64,000 bases of DNA from NCBI GenBank assembly GCA_963793725.1, contig CAWCAY010000006.1, positions 28,478 to 92,477 of the forward strand, read 5' to 3'. Both the position numbers and the translations under genes were made by a program. This stretch comes from an uncultured bacterium (GTDB taxonomy: Bacteria > JAUVQV01 > CAWCAY01). The notes under the pieces were generated by a model. That model worked only from the letters and a program-made list of their open reading frames with translations. It searched no databases and had not been told where the DNA came from. Each line of letters starts with the position of its first letter. The stretch's first letter is position 1. Below are positions 47,687 through 57,018 of this stretch, piece by piece.

Positions 47687-47729
47687 CCCCCACGAAGTGC
47701 TCGCGAAGGGACTGCGCGCTTCGTGGGGG
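47687..47729 (-). promoter_or_regulatory. 11-bp perfect inverted repeat (21-nt loop) in the aroC leader; function unknown
   Basis: CCCCCACGAAG at 47687-47697 pairs with CTTCGTGGGGG at 47719-47729. It lies 50-90 nt upstream of the aroC start. Confidence 0.4.
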
Positions 47730-47809
47730 TCCCCCGTCGGCGCCACCCGGTGACGCAATCCTGCAGGCAGGGGCGAACGCGAGTCACGATCGCCCCGGCC
47801 ACAAATGAA

Positions 47810-47835
47810 GAAGGCACCCGGCGCGGGGTGCCTTC
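47810..47835 (-). terminator. Rho-independent terminator candidate after pilQ
   Basis: GAAGGCACCC (47810-47819), a 6-nt loop, then GGGTGCCTTC (47826-47835). On the minus strand it is followed by TTCATTTGT, 48 nt after the pilQ stop. Confidence 0.6.
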
Positions 47836-47883
47836 TCCTCTTCCGGCGGCCCGGCCGCCGACACCGTTCTTCTCCCGGTCGCG

Positions 47884-50577
47884 TCAGTAGTTGACGAGCT
47901 TCGGGGTCAGGAAGATCAGCAGCTCCTCTTTCTTGTCCAGGATGGCCTTCGACTTGAAGAGCCAGCCCAGGATCGGGATCTTCGACAGGAACGGGACCGA
48001 GTCGTCGGTGTCCGACTTGGTTTGCTGGAAGAGGCCGCCGATGACGCTCGTCTCGCCGTCGGCCAGCAGCACCTTGGTCTCGGCCCGCTGGGTGTTGATC
48101 GAGAACTGCAGGCCCTCGGAGGTGTTGACGTCGTCCCCCTTGGACGAGCGCTCGATCTTGACCTTCATGAAGACCCGGCGGTCGGAGGTGATCTGGGGGG
48201 TGACCTCCAGCATGATGCCGACGTCCTTGAACTCGGTCGTCCGGCTCCCCTCGGCGTCGGTCTTGCTGATCGGCAACTGGCTGCCGACGTTGATGATCGC
48301 CTTCTCGTTCTGGACCACCAGCACCTTCGGGTGCGACAGGACCTCGCCCTGGCCCATGGACTCCATGGCCGAGAGGCGCAGGTCGAGGTTGAAGGTGTCG
48401 GCGATGTGCCCCAGCGACAGGCCGATGGCCGACGTCGCGTCGGAGGCGCCGAGGTTCACCAGGTAGCCGGTGTCGGTGCTGCCGGACCCGGTCCCGCCCG
48501 TTCCCAGGCCGGTGCCGCCCAGCGAGATGTTGTTCGGGAACGAAGCCCCGGTCGGGTTGCCGTGGGCCTCGTCGGCAAAGGCGTCGAAGCCCCACTGGAT
48601 GCCGAGCTGACGCTGGTAGTTGTTGCTGACGCTGACGATCCGGGCCTCGATCATGACCGCCGGGGTCGGCACGTCGAGCTGCTTGATCAGATCCTTGGCC
48701 ATCTGGAGGTTCTTGGCGTTGCGGTCCTTCAGGATGAGGGTGTTGGTCCGCTTGTCGGCGCTCGCCGACAGGAGGAGTTTCTTGTCCTTCTCGTCCTTCA
48801 TCCCCTCAACCAGGGCCTTCATCTCGGTGACGTCGCCGTAGGATATCGAGATCGTCTCGGTCAGGACCGGGGCGTCCTCGAGCTTGACCAGCTTGTCCTG
48901 GATGTCCTGCTTGCGCTTCATGTTCTCCAGGTCGTCCATCTCGCCCTTGCGGACCTTGTCGGCCGTGGTCACCCGGATGATGTTGTCCGCCTCTCGCACG
49001 TAGGTCAGCATCGGCTCGTTGGTCTTCAGGATGACGTCCAGGGCCTGGTCCCAGGGGACCCCGGCCAGCTTGATGGTCACCTTCCCCTTCACCTCGGGGC
49101 CGCTGACGAAGTTGACGCCGCTGGTCTCGGAAATGAGCCGCAGCACGTCTTGAATGTCGGCGTCCTTGAAGTCGAGGAAGATTTCCTGGCCGGAGTACCT
49201 CCTGCCCGAGGGTTCCTCGGTGGTTACCAGCGTGATGCCCGGGGGCGGGGGTGGCAGGTTGCCGGCCGGCCTGGCGGCCGGATCGGCCGCGGCGGCGACG
49301 GCCACGTGCGGCACGTCGATGACGATCTTCTTCCTGTCGGCCGAGTCGATCCGGTAGGGGGACGGCTCGCGGAACTGGACGATGATCCGGGCGACGGTCC
49401 GGTTGTCCTTCAGGTACTGCAGGCTGACCACCTTGCTGACCGCCCGGTTGAGCGAGCCCAGGTCCATCGTCTTCTGGGCCGCCGGGGCGATGCGCATGTC
49501 GGGGATCTCGAGGATCAGCCGGGCCGGGTCGGCCGACTCGACCTTCGAGTACTCGGTTTCCTTGGAGCAGATTATCTCGATCTGCGACCGGTCGGCCAAC
49601 GGCTTGAAGAATATGTCGGTCACCGCCCCGGTGAGGGTGTCCTTGATCTTCTCATCGGCCTGCGCCGCCAGCGACCCGAAGTTGACCAGCAGCTTGTCGC
49701 CGGTCGAAACCACCTTGTAGTCGGCGGGTCGGGTCAGATCCATGACCACCCGGACCTTCCGCCGCGGCTCGAAGTGCTCGCCGATCCTGACCTGCTTGAT
49801 GTAGTCGTCGGCCACCTTGCGGTTCAGCGGGGCCACCGCGTTAGCCACGTTCTGCACGTCGACCACCACCATCTTGTTCTCCACGACAAAGTACTCGTAG
49901 TCGAGGACGCCGTCGCCTTCGATGATCACCTGCGTCCCCTCCGGCGACGACAGGATGTCGAGGCCGGTCAGCTTCTTGGCGGCCGTGCCGGGCGCGGGTG
50001 GCTTCTCGGCCTTGGCCGGGGCCGAGGCCGTCGGCGCTGCCGCCTTCTTCTCGGCAGGCACCTCCTTGGAAGCCATGGCCGCGAGTTTCTCTGCGGCCGG
50101 CGTGGCCTGCTTTTCGGCGGCCGCCTGCTCGGCCAATTCGCCGATGCTCACGGTGAGCACCGCGTTGTCGGCGCTGACCTCATAGGCCGCCGGGCGGCTG
50201 AGCACGATCTCGAGGTGGGCTGCGGTGTCGTCGCCCGCCTGGACCGGCCTGATGAAGCCCACCGGCCCCTGGTTCACCGGGATGTTCTTGTCGAAATTGT
50301 CCAGCCGGGCCCCGGGCAGGTCGAGCTGCAGGCGCAAGGGCTTCTCCAGCTTGAACATGAGGTAGTTCTTCAAGGGCTGGTCGGCCTCGACCCGGAGGAC
50401 CACCTTGCCTTCCTGCTCGGCCGCCTTGATGACCGTCACCAACGGACGGGGTGTCCCATCAGCCGGCGTTGCCTGCTTGGTGGCCGCGCCCATGCCGGCG
50501 CAACCGGCCGCCGCGAACAGAACCGCGAGAACAACCGCTGGAGCACCTCGCAAGAATGCTTTCCTATAGGACACCAC
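47884..50577 (-). CDS. pilQ: Type IV pilus secretin PilQ with N-terminal AMIN domains
   Basis: Intact at 897 aa. It has a signal peptide and repeated AMIN-like segments (VVLRVEADQP.., VIIEGDGVLDY.., RIIVQFREPSPY..). The secretin C-domain reads ..VLVVQNEKAIINVGSQLPI..VPFLSKIPILGWLFK. Confidence 0.93.
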   Translation of the reverse strand: MVSYRKAFLRGAPAVVLAVLFAAAGCAGMGAATKQATPADGTPRPLVTVIKAAEQEGKVVLRVEADQPLKNYLMFKLEKPLRLQLDLPGARLDNFDKNIPVNQGPVGFIRPVQAGDDTAAHLEIVLSRPAAYEVSADNAVLTVSIGELAEQAAAEKQATPAAEKLAAMASKEVPAEKKAAAPTASAPAKAEKPPAPGTAAKKLTGLDILSSPEGTQVIIEGDGVLDYEYFVVENKMVVVDVQNVANAVAPLNRKVADDYIKQVRIGEHFEPRRKVRVVMDLTRPADYKVVSTGDKLLVNFGSLAAQADEKIKDTLTGAVTDIFFKPLADRSQIEIICSKETEYSKVESADPARLILEIPDMRIAPAAQKTMDLGSLNRAVSKVVSLQYLKDNRTVARIIVQFREPSPYRIDSADRKKIVIDVPHVAVAAAADPAARPAGNLPPPPPGITLVTTEEPSGRRYSGQEIFLDFKDADIQDVLRLISETSGVNFVSGPEVKGKVTIKLAGVPWDQALDVILKTNEPMLTYVREADNIIRVTTADKVRKGEMDDLENMKRKQDIQDKLVKLEDAPVLTETISISYGDVTEMKALVEGMKDEKDKKLLLSASADKRTNTLILKDRNAKNLQMAKDLIKQLDVPTPAVMIEARIVSVSNNYQRQLGIQWGFDAFADEAHGNPTGASFPNNISLGGTGLGTGGTGSGSTDTGYLVNLGASDATSAIGLSLGHIADTFNLDLRLSAMESMGQGEVLSHPKVLVVQNEKAIINVGSQLPISKTDAEGSRTTEFKDVGIMLEVTPQITSDRRVFMKVKIERSSKGDDVNTSEGLQFSINTQRAETKVLLADGETSVIGGLFQQTKSDTDDSVPFLSKIPILGWLFKSKAILDKKEELLIFLTPKLVNY

Positions 50578-50586
50578 GGTTCCTCC

Positions 50587-51126
50587 TCATTTCGATTGTT
50601 TCTCGGATGCCTTGATCACGGTGGTCACGAAGGTTTCCCGGTTCATGAAGTCGACGAACTTCTCCTTCACGGTGAGCCCCTGCCCGTCGATCAAAATGAC
50701 CTCTCCCTCGTTTCTGCCCATGACGTCGCCCTGCTTCACCACGTAGGACTTGTTGTCGGGAGCCAGGACCATGGCCCGGTTGCCCTTCTTGGCGTCCAGG
50801 ATGACACCGACCACCTTGAATGATTGCAGTTCGATCTGCTGGATGGGCGGCAGCTTCGAAACGTCCCGCTCGGTCTGCCGGAGGATGAGCAGCGACTTGA
50901 AGGGATCCCGCCGCAGCGAACCCGTGTAGTGCGTTTCCTCGTAGATGCTCGGCGCCAGGGGGGCAGCCGGTGAAGCCTGGAGAGCGCCTGCCGCGGCGTC
51001 CCTGGGCGCGGCCGGAGCCTGGGCGGGCGACTGCTCCGCGGCCCCCAGCGCGACCCACGGGGCGAACAGCAGGCCCCCGACGATCACAGAGGCGATCAGT
51101 TTTCCCGTCATGGCTCGCCGGCTCAT
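50587..51126 (-). CDS. pilP: Type IV pilus assembly protein PilP
   Basis: Assigned from its position between pilO and pilQ. Also RDPFKSLL..LQSFKVVGVILD..AMVLAPDNKSYVVKQGD. ATGA overlap with pilO. Confidence 0.8.
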   Translation of the reverse strand: MSRRAMTGKLIASVIVGGLLFAPWVALGAAEQSPAQAPAAPRDAAAGALQASPAAPLAPSIYEETHYTGSLRRDPFKSLLILRQTERDVSKLPPIQQIELQSFKVVGVILDAKKGNRAMVLAPDNKSYVVKQGDVMGRNEGEVILIDGQGLTVKEKFVDFMNRETFVTTVIKASEKQSK

Positions 51127-51713
51127 TTCTTCGGAGCCTCCTTCTCGGTCTTCTCGATATACCGGTAGGTGACGATCCGGCCGTTCCCGGACACGAAGAT
51201 GAACTGCCCCTCCTCCTTGGGTTGGCTCAAGATCAGGTTTGAGACGCTCACGATCCGGGGTAGGTGGGCCACCTTGTCGAGGAACATGCCGATGTTGTGG
51301 TACGGCCCGCGGATGCTGATCTCCACCGGCACCTCGGCGTAGAACTCCTTCTTCTCCTCGCCGGCCGGCCGGAACATGTCGAACTGGAGCCCCCCCTCGA
51401 TGCCGGCCTGGGAGATGTCGCGCAGCAGGGTCGGGATCTCCTTGCTCTGAGGAAGCTTGGTCTTGAGTTCCGCCAGGGTCAGTTCGAGCCCCTTGGCCTC
51501 CTGCTTGAACCGCTCGATCTCCTTGGCCACCATCTGGAGTTGGCCCAGGGTCGACTTATTGTCGGTCAACTGGCGCTCCAGGCTGGCAATGGCAACGCGC
51601 TTAGGCTGCCAGATCCCATACCAGAAGCCGGCCGCCAGAAGGACCAGCACCAGCCCCAGGATGATCAGGCGCTGCTTCGAACTAATCTCGTTGATCTTGT
51701 CGAGTAGGGCCAT
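51123..51713 (-). CDS. pilO: Type IV pilus assembly protein PilO
   Basis: Single TM (RLIILGLVLVLLAAGFWY), a coiled coil, and ..FYAEVPVEISIRGPYHNIGMFLDKVAHLPRIV. Confidence 0.85.
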   Translation of the reverse strand: MALLDKINEISSKQRLIILGLVLVLLAAGFWYGIWQPKRVAIASLERQLTDNKSTLGQLQMVAKEIERFKQEAKGLELTLAELKTKLPQSKEIPTLLRDISQAGIEGGLQFDMFRPAGEEKKEFYAEVPVEISIRGPYHNIGMFLDKVAHLPRIVSVSNLILSQPKEEGQFIFVSGNGRIVTYRYIEKTEKEAPKK

Positions 51714-51716
51714 CGG

Positions 51717-52283
51717 TCATCCCCCCTGGGGAGTTTCGACTTCAGCGGTGAGCGAGAAGCTGTACATGTCGCGCACGGCACCCTTCTCCTTCGACTTCTG
51801 GGAGAGAATGAGGTTGGCGTTCCTCAGGTACGGCGACTGGTCGAGGCGCTTGAGAAACTCGGAGATGTTCTCGTTGGTGAAGGCCACCCCGCTGACCTGG
51901 AGCTTGCCCCGGTCGTAATTCATCTGGCTGAGCCAGACGTGCAGCTTGCTGTCGTCGAGGATCAGGGTCATCTCGTCCATGACGTGGAGGAACACCACCC
52001 GCTCCTTGTCGACCTCGGAGATGGCGTCCCGGCGCCTCTTCAGCTCGGCCAGGTTCTTCTGGTGCGTCTCCTTGTCCTTCTCGACGTTGGCCAGCTTCTT
52101 GATCTCGCCGTCGATGCGCGTGATCTCCTTGCGGAGGTGTGACACCTTGTTGCCCATGACGATCCAACTGTAGGCCATGGCCAGCAGGACGATGGCGATC
52201 AGACCGCCCCCCAGCGCCAGATGGCGCATGGCGGTCATCTTCTTGCGGGAGACTTTGCGCGGGAGAAGATTGATCCTGATCAT
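51717..52283 (-). CDS. pilN: Type IV pilus assembly protein PilN
   Basis: MIRINLLPRK.. start, a TM, and a Fimbrial-assembly-type C-domain. ATGA overlap with pilM. Confidence 0.88.
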   Translation of the reverse strand: MIRINLLPRKVSRKKMTAMRHLALGGGLIAIVLLAMAYSWIVMGNKVSHLRKEITRIDGEIKKLANVEKDKETHQKNLAELKRRRDAISEVDKERVVFLHVMDEMTLILDDSKLHVWLSQMNYDRGKLQVSGVAFTNENISEFLKRLDQSPYLRNANLILSQKSKEKGAVRDMYSFSLTAEVETPQGG

Positions 52284-53341
52284 CTGTCACCAACCCTTCT
52301 CAGTGCCAGGCCGACCGCCACGGCAGCCGTCGGAGCCATCTTCCGCATCTCGACCATGTCGAACTTCCGCTCGTTGATCTTGATGTTCTGGAAGGGGTTG
52401 TTCACCACCACCGGGATGCCCAGCCGCGAGGAGATGAACTCGTCCAGCCCCTTGATCTTGGCCGTGCCCCCGGAGAGGACGATCCGCTGGATCTCCCGCT
52501 CGTTGGCGGTCGCCCGGAAGAAGTCGAATGACCGCTGGATCTCCATGGTCAGGTTGTCCGAGACCGACTCGATGACGCTCTGGACCATGCTCATGTCGAC
52601 GTCCTCGATCCGCTCGCCGCGCTTGAGGGCTTCGGCCTGGTCGTAGCTGATGCCCATTTCCTTCTGGATGGTCTCGGTGAACTGGTTGCCGCCGATGGAT
52701 ATGTCGCGGGTGAAGACCGAGATGCCGTCGCCGATGACGTTGATGTTCATCACCCCGGCGCCGATGTCGATCAGGGCGATGTTCTTCCCCGGTTCGACCT
52801 CGTAGTTGACCTCGTAGGCGTTCTGGAGAGCGAACGCCTCCAGGTCGACGATCACCGGCATGAGGCCGCTCTGGACGACCAGGCTGACGCTCTCGTCGAC
52901 CTTCTCCTTCTTGGCCGCCACCAGGATGACGTCCATTCGCCCTTCCTCGTGCGGCATGCCTGAGTCGATGATCTGGAAGTCGAGATTGACGTCTTCGATG
53001 TCAAAGGGGATGTACTGCTCGGCCTCCCAGTGGATCGACTCCTCCAGTTCCTCGAACGACATCTCGGGGAGGGGAATCTTCTTGACGATGACGGTGTTGC
53101 CGGAGATGCCGATAACCACGTTGCGGGAGGAGATCTTGAAATCACGGAAGAGATCCGTGATCGCCTCGATGACCGCGCTGGCGTCCATGACCGCGCCGTC
53201 GACGATGGCCTGGGGCGGGATCGGTTTCACGCCGAAGTTGACCAGCTGGTATCCCTTGCCCGATTCCCTGAGTTCTACAGCCTTGACCGAGGAGGTGCCG
53301 ATATCCAGCCCTACTATTCCTTTCTTGCCGAAAGAAAGCAT
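52280..53341 (-). CDS. pilM: Type IV pilus assembly ATPase-fold protein PilM
   Basis: GLDIGTSSVKAVEL..IDIGAGVMNINV..LSGGTAKIKGLDEFI (actin-like fold). Intact at 353 aa. Confidence 0.93.
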   Translation of the reverse strand: MLSFGKKGIVGLDIGTSSVKAVELRESGKGYQLVNFGVKPIPPQAIVDGAVMDASAVIEAITDLFRDFKISSRNVVIGISGNTVIVKKIPLPEMSFEELEESIHWEAEQYIPFDIEDVNLDFQIIDSGMPHEEGRMDVILVAAKKEKVDESVSLVVQSGLMPVIVDLEAFALQNAYEVNYEVEPGKNIALIDIGAGVMNINVIGDGISVFTRDISIGGNQFTETIQKEMGISYDQAEALKRGERIEDVDMSMVQSVIESVSDNLTMEIQRSFDFFRATANEREIQRIVLSGGTAKIKGLDEFISSRLGIPVVVNNPFQNIKINERKFDMVEMRKMAPTAAVAVGLALRRVGDR

Positions 53342-53364
53342 ATGTTATCCCCCTTCGTTTGGGG

Positions 53365-53411
53365 AGCCTACCCCATGCAGAATGCGTTGTCAAGAACAAA
53401 GATAAAAAAAA
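53365..53411 (-). promoter_or_regulatory. Candidate sigma70 promoter with an upstream T-tract (UP-like) for pilMNOPQ
   Basis: The minus strand reads TTGACA (53393-53388), 17 nt, TAGGCT (53370-53365). T8 (53411-53404) lies 10 nt upstream of the -35. I did not see a -24/-12 (TGGCAC-N5-TTGC) element here. Confidence 0.45.
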
Positions 53412-53534
53412 TCTTGCGCGGGGTGAGGTTAGTCACATTTCGTTAACCCTTATCCTCACCTCGAACTCGTAGCCCTTTCAATTTCAACGGAAATCCGCCG
53501 TGATGGCAACCGCCGTTCCGCTGCCGGCGGCGCT

Positions 53535-54911
53535 TCAGTTCTCCAGTCCGTGCCGGTCCATCTTGGCGTAGAGCACTTTCCGGCTGATGCCCAGCAGCCG
53601 GGCGGTGCGGCTCTTGTTCCCCCGGCAGCGGACCAGCGTGGTGCGGATGATCATCCGTTCCCACTCGGTCAGCGTCCTCCCCTCGGCGAAGGAGAAGCCG
53701 GGCAGGGGCGTCTCGGAGCCGCCTTCGCCGTAGCCGCGCCCAAGGTGGGAGGGCAGGTGGGCCGGCCCGACGCTCCCCTCCCCGGCCAGGATGACCGCCC
53801 GGTGGAGGACGTTGTCGAGTTCCCGGATGTTGCCCGGCCAGCGGTAGCCGAGGAGGACTTCCAGGGCCCGCGGGTCGATGCCGTCGACCGGGCGCCCCTC
53901 CCGCTCGGCGTTCCGCCGGATGAGGCGCACGGTCAGGGCGGGGATATCCTCGACCCGCTCCCGCAGGGGCGGCAGGCGGATCTCGAAGACGTTCAGCCGG
54001 AAGTAGAGGTCCTCCCGGAAGGCGCCGCCGCGGACGGCTGCCTCCAGGTCCCGGTTGGTGGCCGCCAGCAGGCGGAAGTCCGACCCGATCCGGCGGTTCG
54101 AGCCGAGCCGCGAGAACTCACGCTCCTCCAGCACCCGGAGCAGCTTTATCTGGAGTTCAGGCGGGCAGTCGCCGACCTCGTCCAGGAAGATGGTCCCGCC
54201 GTCGGCCTCCTCGAAGCGCCCCGCCCGGGCGGCGACCGCGCCGGTGAAGGCGCCCCGCTCGTGTCCGAACAGCTCGCTCTCCAGCAGGTTCGTCGGCAAC
54301 GCCCCGCAGTTGATCCCCACGAACGGCCCCTCCCTCCGGCGGCTCCCGGAGTGGATGTGACGCGCCAGGACCTCCTTGCCCGTCCCGGTTTCGCCCAACA
54401 GCAGCACCGGGGCGTCGCTCCCGGCGACGGCCCGGGCGGCCTCCAGCACCCTGCGGAAGGCGGCCGACTCGCCGGTGGCCATCCCGCCGGCCGACTCCCC
54501 CTCCAGGCGCTCCTTCAGCCGGGCCACCTCGCGGGTCAGGGCCACCTGCTCGCGCGCCCGGTCGGTGATCGACCGGAGCTGCTCGGGATCGGCCGGTTTG
54601 ACCAGGTAGTGGAAGGCTCCGTCGGCCATGGCGCCGACGGCCGAGTCGACCGAGCCATGGGCGGTCAGGATGATGACCGGGATGTCCGGCCGGTTCGACC
54701 GCAGCCAGCGGAAGAGGAACATGCCGTCGGGGGGCGGCATCCTCAAGTCCACCAGGGCCGCGGTCAGGTCGGGGACCGACTGGGCGATCTCCATGGCGTC
54801 CAGGCTTCCGGCCGCCGTCAGCACCTCCCAGCCCCACTCCTGCAGGAGTTCCGCGTAGACCATGCGGGCGTTCGACTCGTCGTCCACCAGCAGCATCACC
54901 TCACGCCCCAT
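53535..54911 (-). CDS. Sigma-54-dependent response regulator (NtrC family, PilR-like)
   Basis: ATG 54911 is preceded by GGAAGGAG. REC reads LLVDDESNARMV..LVDLRMPPPDG. AAA+ reads LLLGETGTGKEVLARHIH, GAFTGA, and the ESELFGHERGAFTG-type motif. C-terminal HTH reads NKSRTARLLGISRKVLYAKM. The upstream part of the ORF is out-of-frame kinase sequence. Confidence 0.9.
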   Translation of the reverse strand: MGREVMLLVDDESNARMVYAELLQEWGWEVLTAAGSLDAMEIAQSVPDLTAALVDLRMPPPDGMFLFRWLRSNRPDIPVIILTAHGSVDSAVGAMADGAFHYLVKPADPEQLRSITDRAREQVALTREVARLKERLEGESAGGMATGESAAFRRVLEAARAVAGSDAPVLLLGETGTGKEVLARHIHSGSRRREGPFVGINCGALPTNLLESELFGHERGAFTGAVAARAGRFEEADGGTIFLDEVGDCPPELQIKLLRVLEEREFSRLGSNRRIGSDFRLLAATNRDLEAAVRGGAFREDLYFRLNVFEIRLPPLRERVEDIPALTVRLIRRNAEREGRPVDGIDPRALEVLLGYRWPGNIRELDNVLHRAVILAGEGSVGPAHLPSHLGRGYGEGGSETPLPGFSFAEGRTLTEWERMIIRTTLVRCRGNKSRTARLLGISRKVLYAKMDRHGLEN

Positions 54912-56952
54912 GCCGATTCTCCTTCCCTGATGGTGATTCCGCCCCGGCCAAGGAAGGGCGAGGCGGCGCCAGGGGCAGCACGACCCGGAACGAGGCCCCG
55001 CCGGCCGGCGGCGATTCGACCGAGATGCTCCCCCCGTGGGCCCTGGCGGCGCCCTCGGCCACGCACAGCCCGAGGCCGGCGCCTTTGGCCTTGGTGGTGA
55101 AGAAGGGGTCGAACACCAGATCCCGCAGGTGCGGCGGAATCCCCGGGCCGTGGTCGGCCACCCTGATCTCCACCGACGAGGCCGCGGGCGACACCGCCAG
55201 GTCGATTGTCCCGCCGTCGCCCATGGCCTCGGCGGCGTTGCGGCACAGGTTTCCCAGGAGCTGCTCCAGCAGCCCCGGGTCGACCTCCGCCCAGACGGCC
55301 CCTCCGGATGTCCCGCACCTGACCGGGTGGCCCGGTCGTCCGGCGGTCCAGCGGATGGCGTACTCCCGGCACCACGCGGCCAGGTCGATCCGGCGGGGGT
55401 GGACCTCGGGCCGGCGCGAGGCATTGAGCAGCCGGTCGATGAACCGTGACGCCCGGCGGACCTCGGCGCCGATCACCTCGGCCATCCGCCCGCCGTCGTC
55501 ACGGCGCGTCTTCAGGCAGGCGACCGCCCCCTGGATGACGTTGAGGGGGTTGCGGATCTCGTGGGCGATGGTGGCCGTTGCCCGGCCAAGTGAGACAAAC
55601 CGCTCGTGCTTCTTCCACCGGTCGTGGTACTCCAGCGCCTCGACGGCCGCCGCCAATTGCCCCGAGAGGGCCTCCAGGAAGGCCCGGTCGGACGCGCCAT
55701 AGTCGCGCGGGTCGGCCGGCGGCCCGAGCAGGCAGTGGCCCAGGCACCCCTCCCGCCCCGACAGGGCGACCGCCATCCGGATCCGCCGGGCCGGGGTCCA
55801 GCCCCCCACCTCCGGGACGTCGGCCGCGAGCGCACCCGGACCGCCGGGGCCGTCAAGGAGGCCGGCCAGAGCCGCCCGCTCCTCCCCGGTCATCCCCTCC
55901 TGGTATTCCATCCGCCATTTCCCCTCGCCGGCCACGGTCAGCAGGGCGAACCAGGCCGGGCAGAGCACCGCCCGGACCGCCTCGCCGTAGCGCCGCACCA
56001 GGGCCTCCCGGTCGGCGGCGCCGCGCGCCCGGGCGGCGAACCGCGACAGGACCTGGGTGGGGTGGCCGTCCCGGCCGAACAACCGGTCGAGTCTCGCCTG
56101 GACCCGTTCCTTCACCCCGTGAAACATGACCGCCACGACCAGCGCCGGGACGAGCGGGACGAAGAACGACCGGGTGTCGGTGTACGGCCGGAGCAGGCGG
56201 TCGGCCACGAAGATGAGCAGCAGGTACAGGAGGCTGAGCACCAGCGTGGCGACGGAGTAGATCAGGCTGGTCCGGATGAGGGCCGGGACCTCCAGGAAGC
56301 GGTGCCGGGTGATCGCCCAGGCGACGATGGCCGTGTAGAGCACCACCGCGCCGCTCCCCAGCGGGTACGACTCCCCGCCGTAGAGAGGGAGAAAGTTGTC
56401 GGCCGAGAGGATGCCCAGCACCAGCGTGGCCGCCAGGAGCCAGTCGACCTGGGTGCGCCGGACCGGATCGGCGGTCCGTCGGCGGGCCGCCAGGAGCATG
56501 ACCGACACCAGCGCCACCGCCGCGGCATGCTCGGCCACGAAGAGGATGTAGCCGGGGCCGGCCAGGCCGTAGTGGCCGAATTCGAGCACCCGCATCTCCC
56601 GGATGAGCAGCGGGGTCGGCGCGAGGCATGCCAGGACGGCGCTCCAGGCGCCGAAGACGGTCAGCAGGCGGCGGCGCGGCGCCCGCAGGAAGACGGCGAT
56701 GAAGTTGACCATGAGCGGCGGGATGGCCGCCAGGGCCGGCTGAAAGAGGCGGTCGACGAGCAGCGCCACGGTCCGGTCGGTCACCAGGGCGAGCAGCAGG
56801 ACGTCCAGCTTCCAGAGGGCCAGGGCGGCGGTGAGCAGGACGAAGGCGCGGTGCGTCTCCTCCAGCCGTCCGCGTCGGCGGACCATGACCACCAGGCCGG
56901 CCAGCAGCAGGAATCCGGCCAGCGGCGGGACGGCATACCAGTTGAAGCGCAT
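54901..56952 (-). CDS. Sensor histidine kinase with a polytopic (6-7 TM) N-terminal domain, PilS-like
   Basis: Intact at 683 aa. It has multiple hydrophobic helices in residues 1-260. H-box is ATIAHEIRNPLNVI. HATPase is GAGLGLCVAEGAARAHGGSISVES. Its stop overlaps the regulator start by 11 nt. Confidence 0.88.
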   Translation of the reverse strand: MRFNWYAVPPLAGFLLLAGLVVMVRRRGRLEETHRAFVLLTAALALWKLDVLLLALVTDRTVALLVDRLFQPALAAIPPLMVNFIAVFLRAPRRRLLTVFGAWSAVLACLAPTPLLIREMRVLEFGHYGLAGPGYILFVAEHAAAVALVSVMLLAARRRTADPVRRTQVDWLLAATLVLGILSADNFLPLYGGESYPLGSGAVVLYTAIVAWAITRHRFLEVPALIRTSLIYSVATLVLSLLYLLLIFVADRLLRPYTDTRSFFVPLVPALVVAVMFHGVKERVQARLDRLFGRDGHPTQVLSRFAARARGAADREALVRRYGEAVRAVLCPAWFALLTVAGEGKWRMEYQEGMTGEERAALAGLLDGPGGPGALAADVPEVGGWTPARRIRMAVALSGREGCLGHCLLGPPADPRDYGASDRAFLEALSGQLAAAVEALEYHDRWKKHERFVSLGRATATIAHEIRNPLNVIQGAVACLKTRRDDGGRMAEVIGAEVRRASRFIDRLLNASRRPEVHPRRIDLAAWCREYAIRWTAGRPGHPVRCGTSGGAVWAEVDPGLLEQLLGNLCRNAAEAMGDGGTIDLAVSPAASSVEIRVADHGPGIPPHLRDLVFDPFFTTKAKGAGLGLCVAEGAARAHGGSISVESPPAGGASFRVVLPLAPPRPSLAGAESPSGKENRHGA

Positions 56953-57018
56953 CCTCCCCTCCAGGCACCGTGTTCATCCGCCACTCCGGGACTCCCCGGC
57001 GACGGGATCGACGACATC

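Noticed and set aside
53422-53460. The inverted repeat GGTGAGG..CCTCACC after the PilR-like gene as a rho-independent terminator.
   Set aside because: The stem is only 7 bp with a 25-nt loop. The T8 tract begins 10 nt after the stem rather than immediately. The T tract is better explained as an UP-like element of the pilM promoter, so I left it unannotated.
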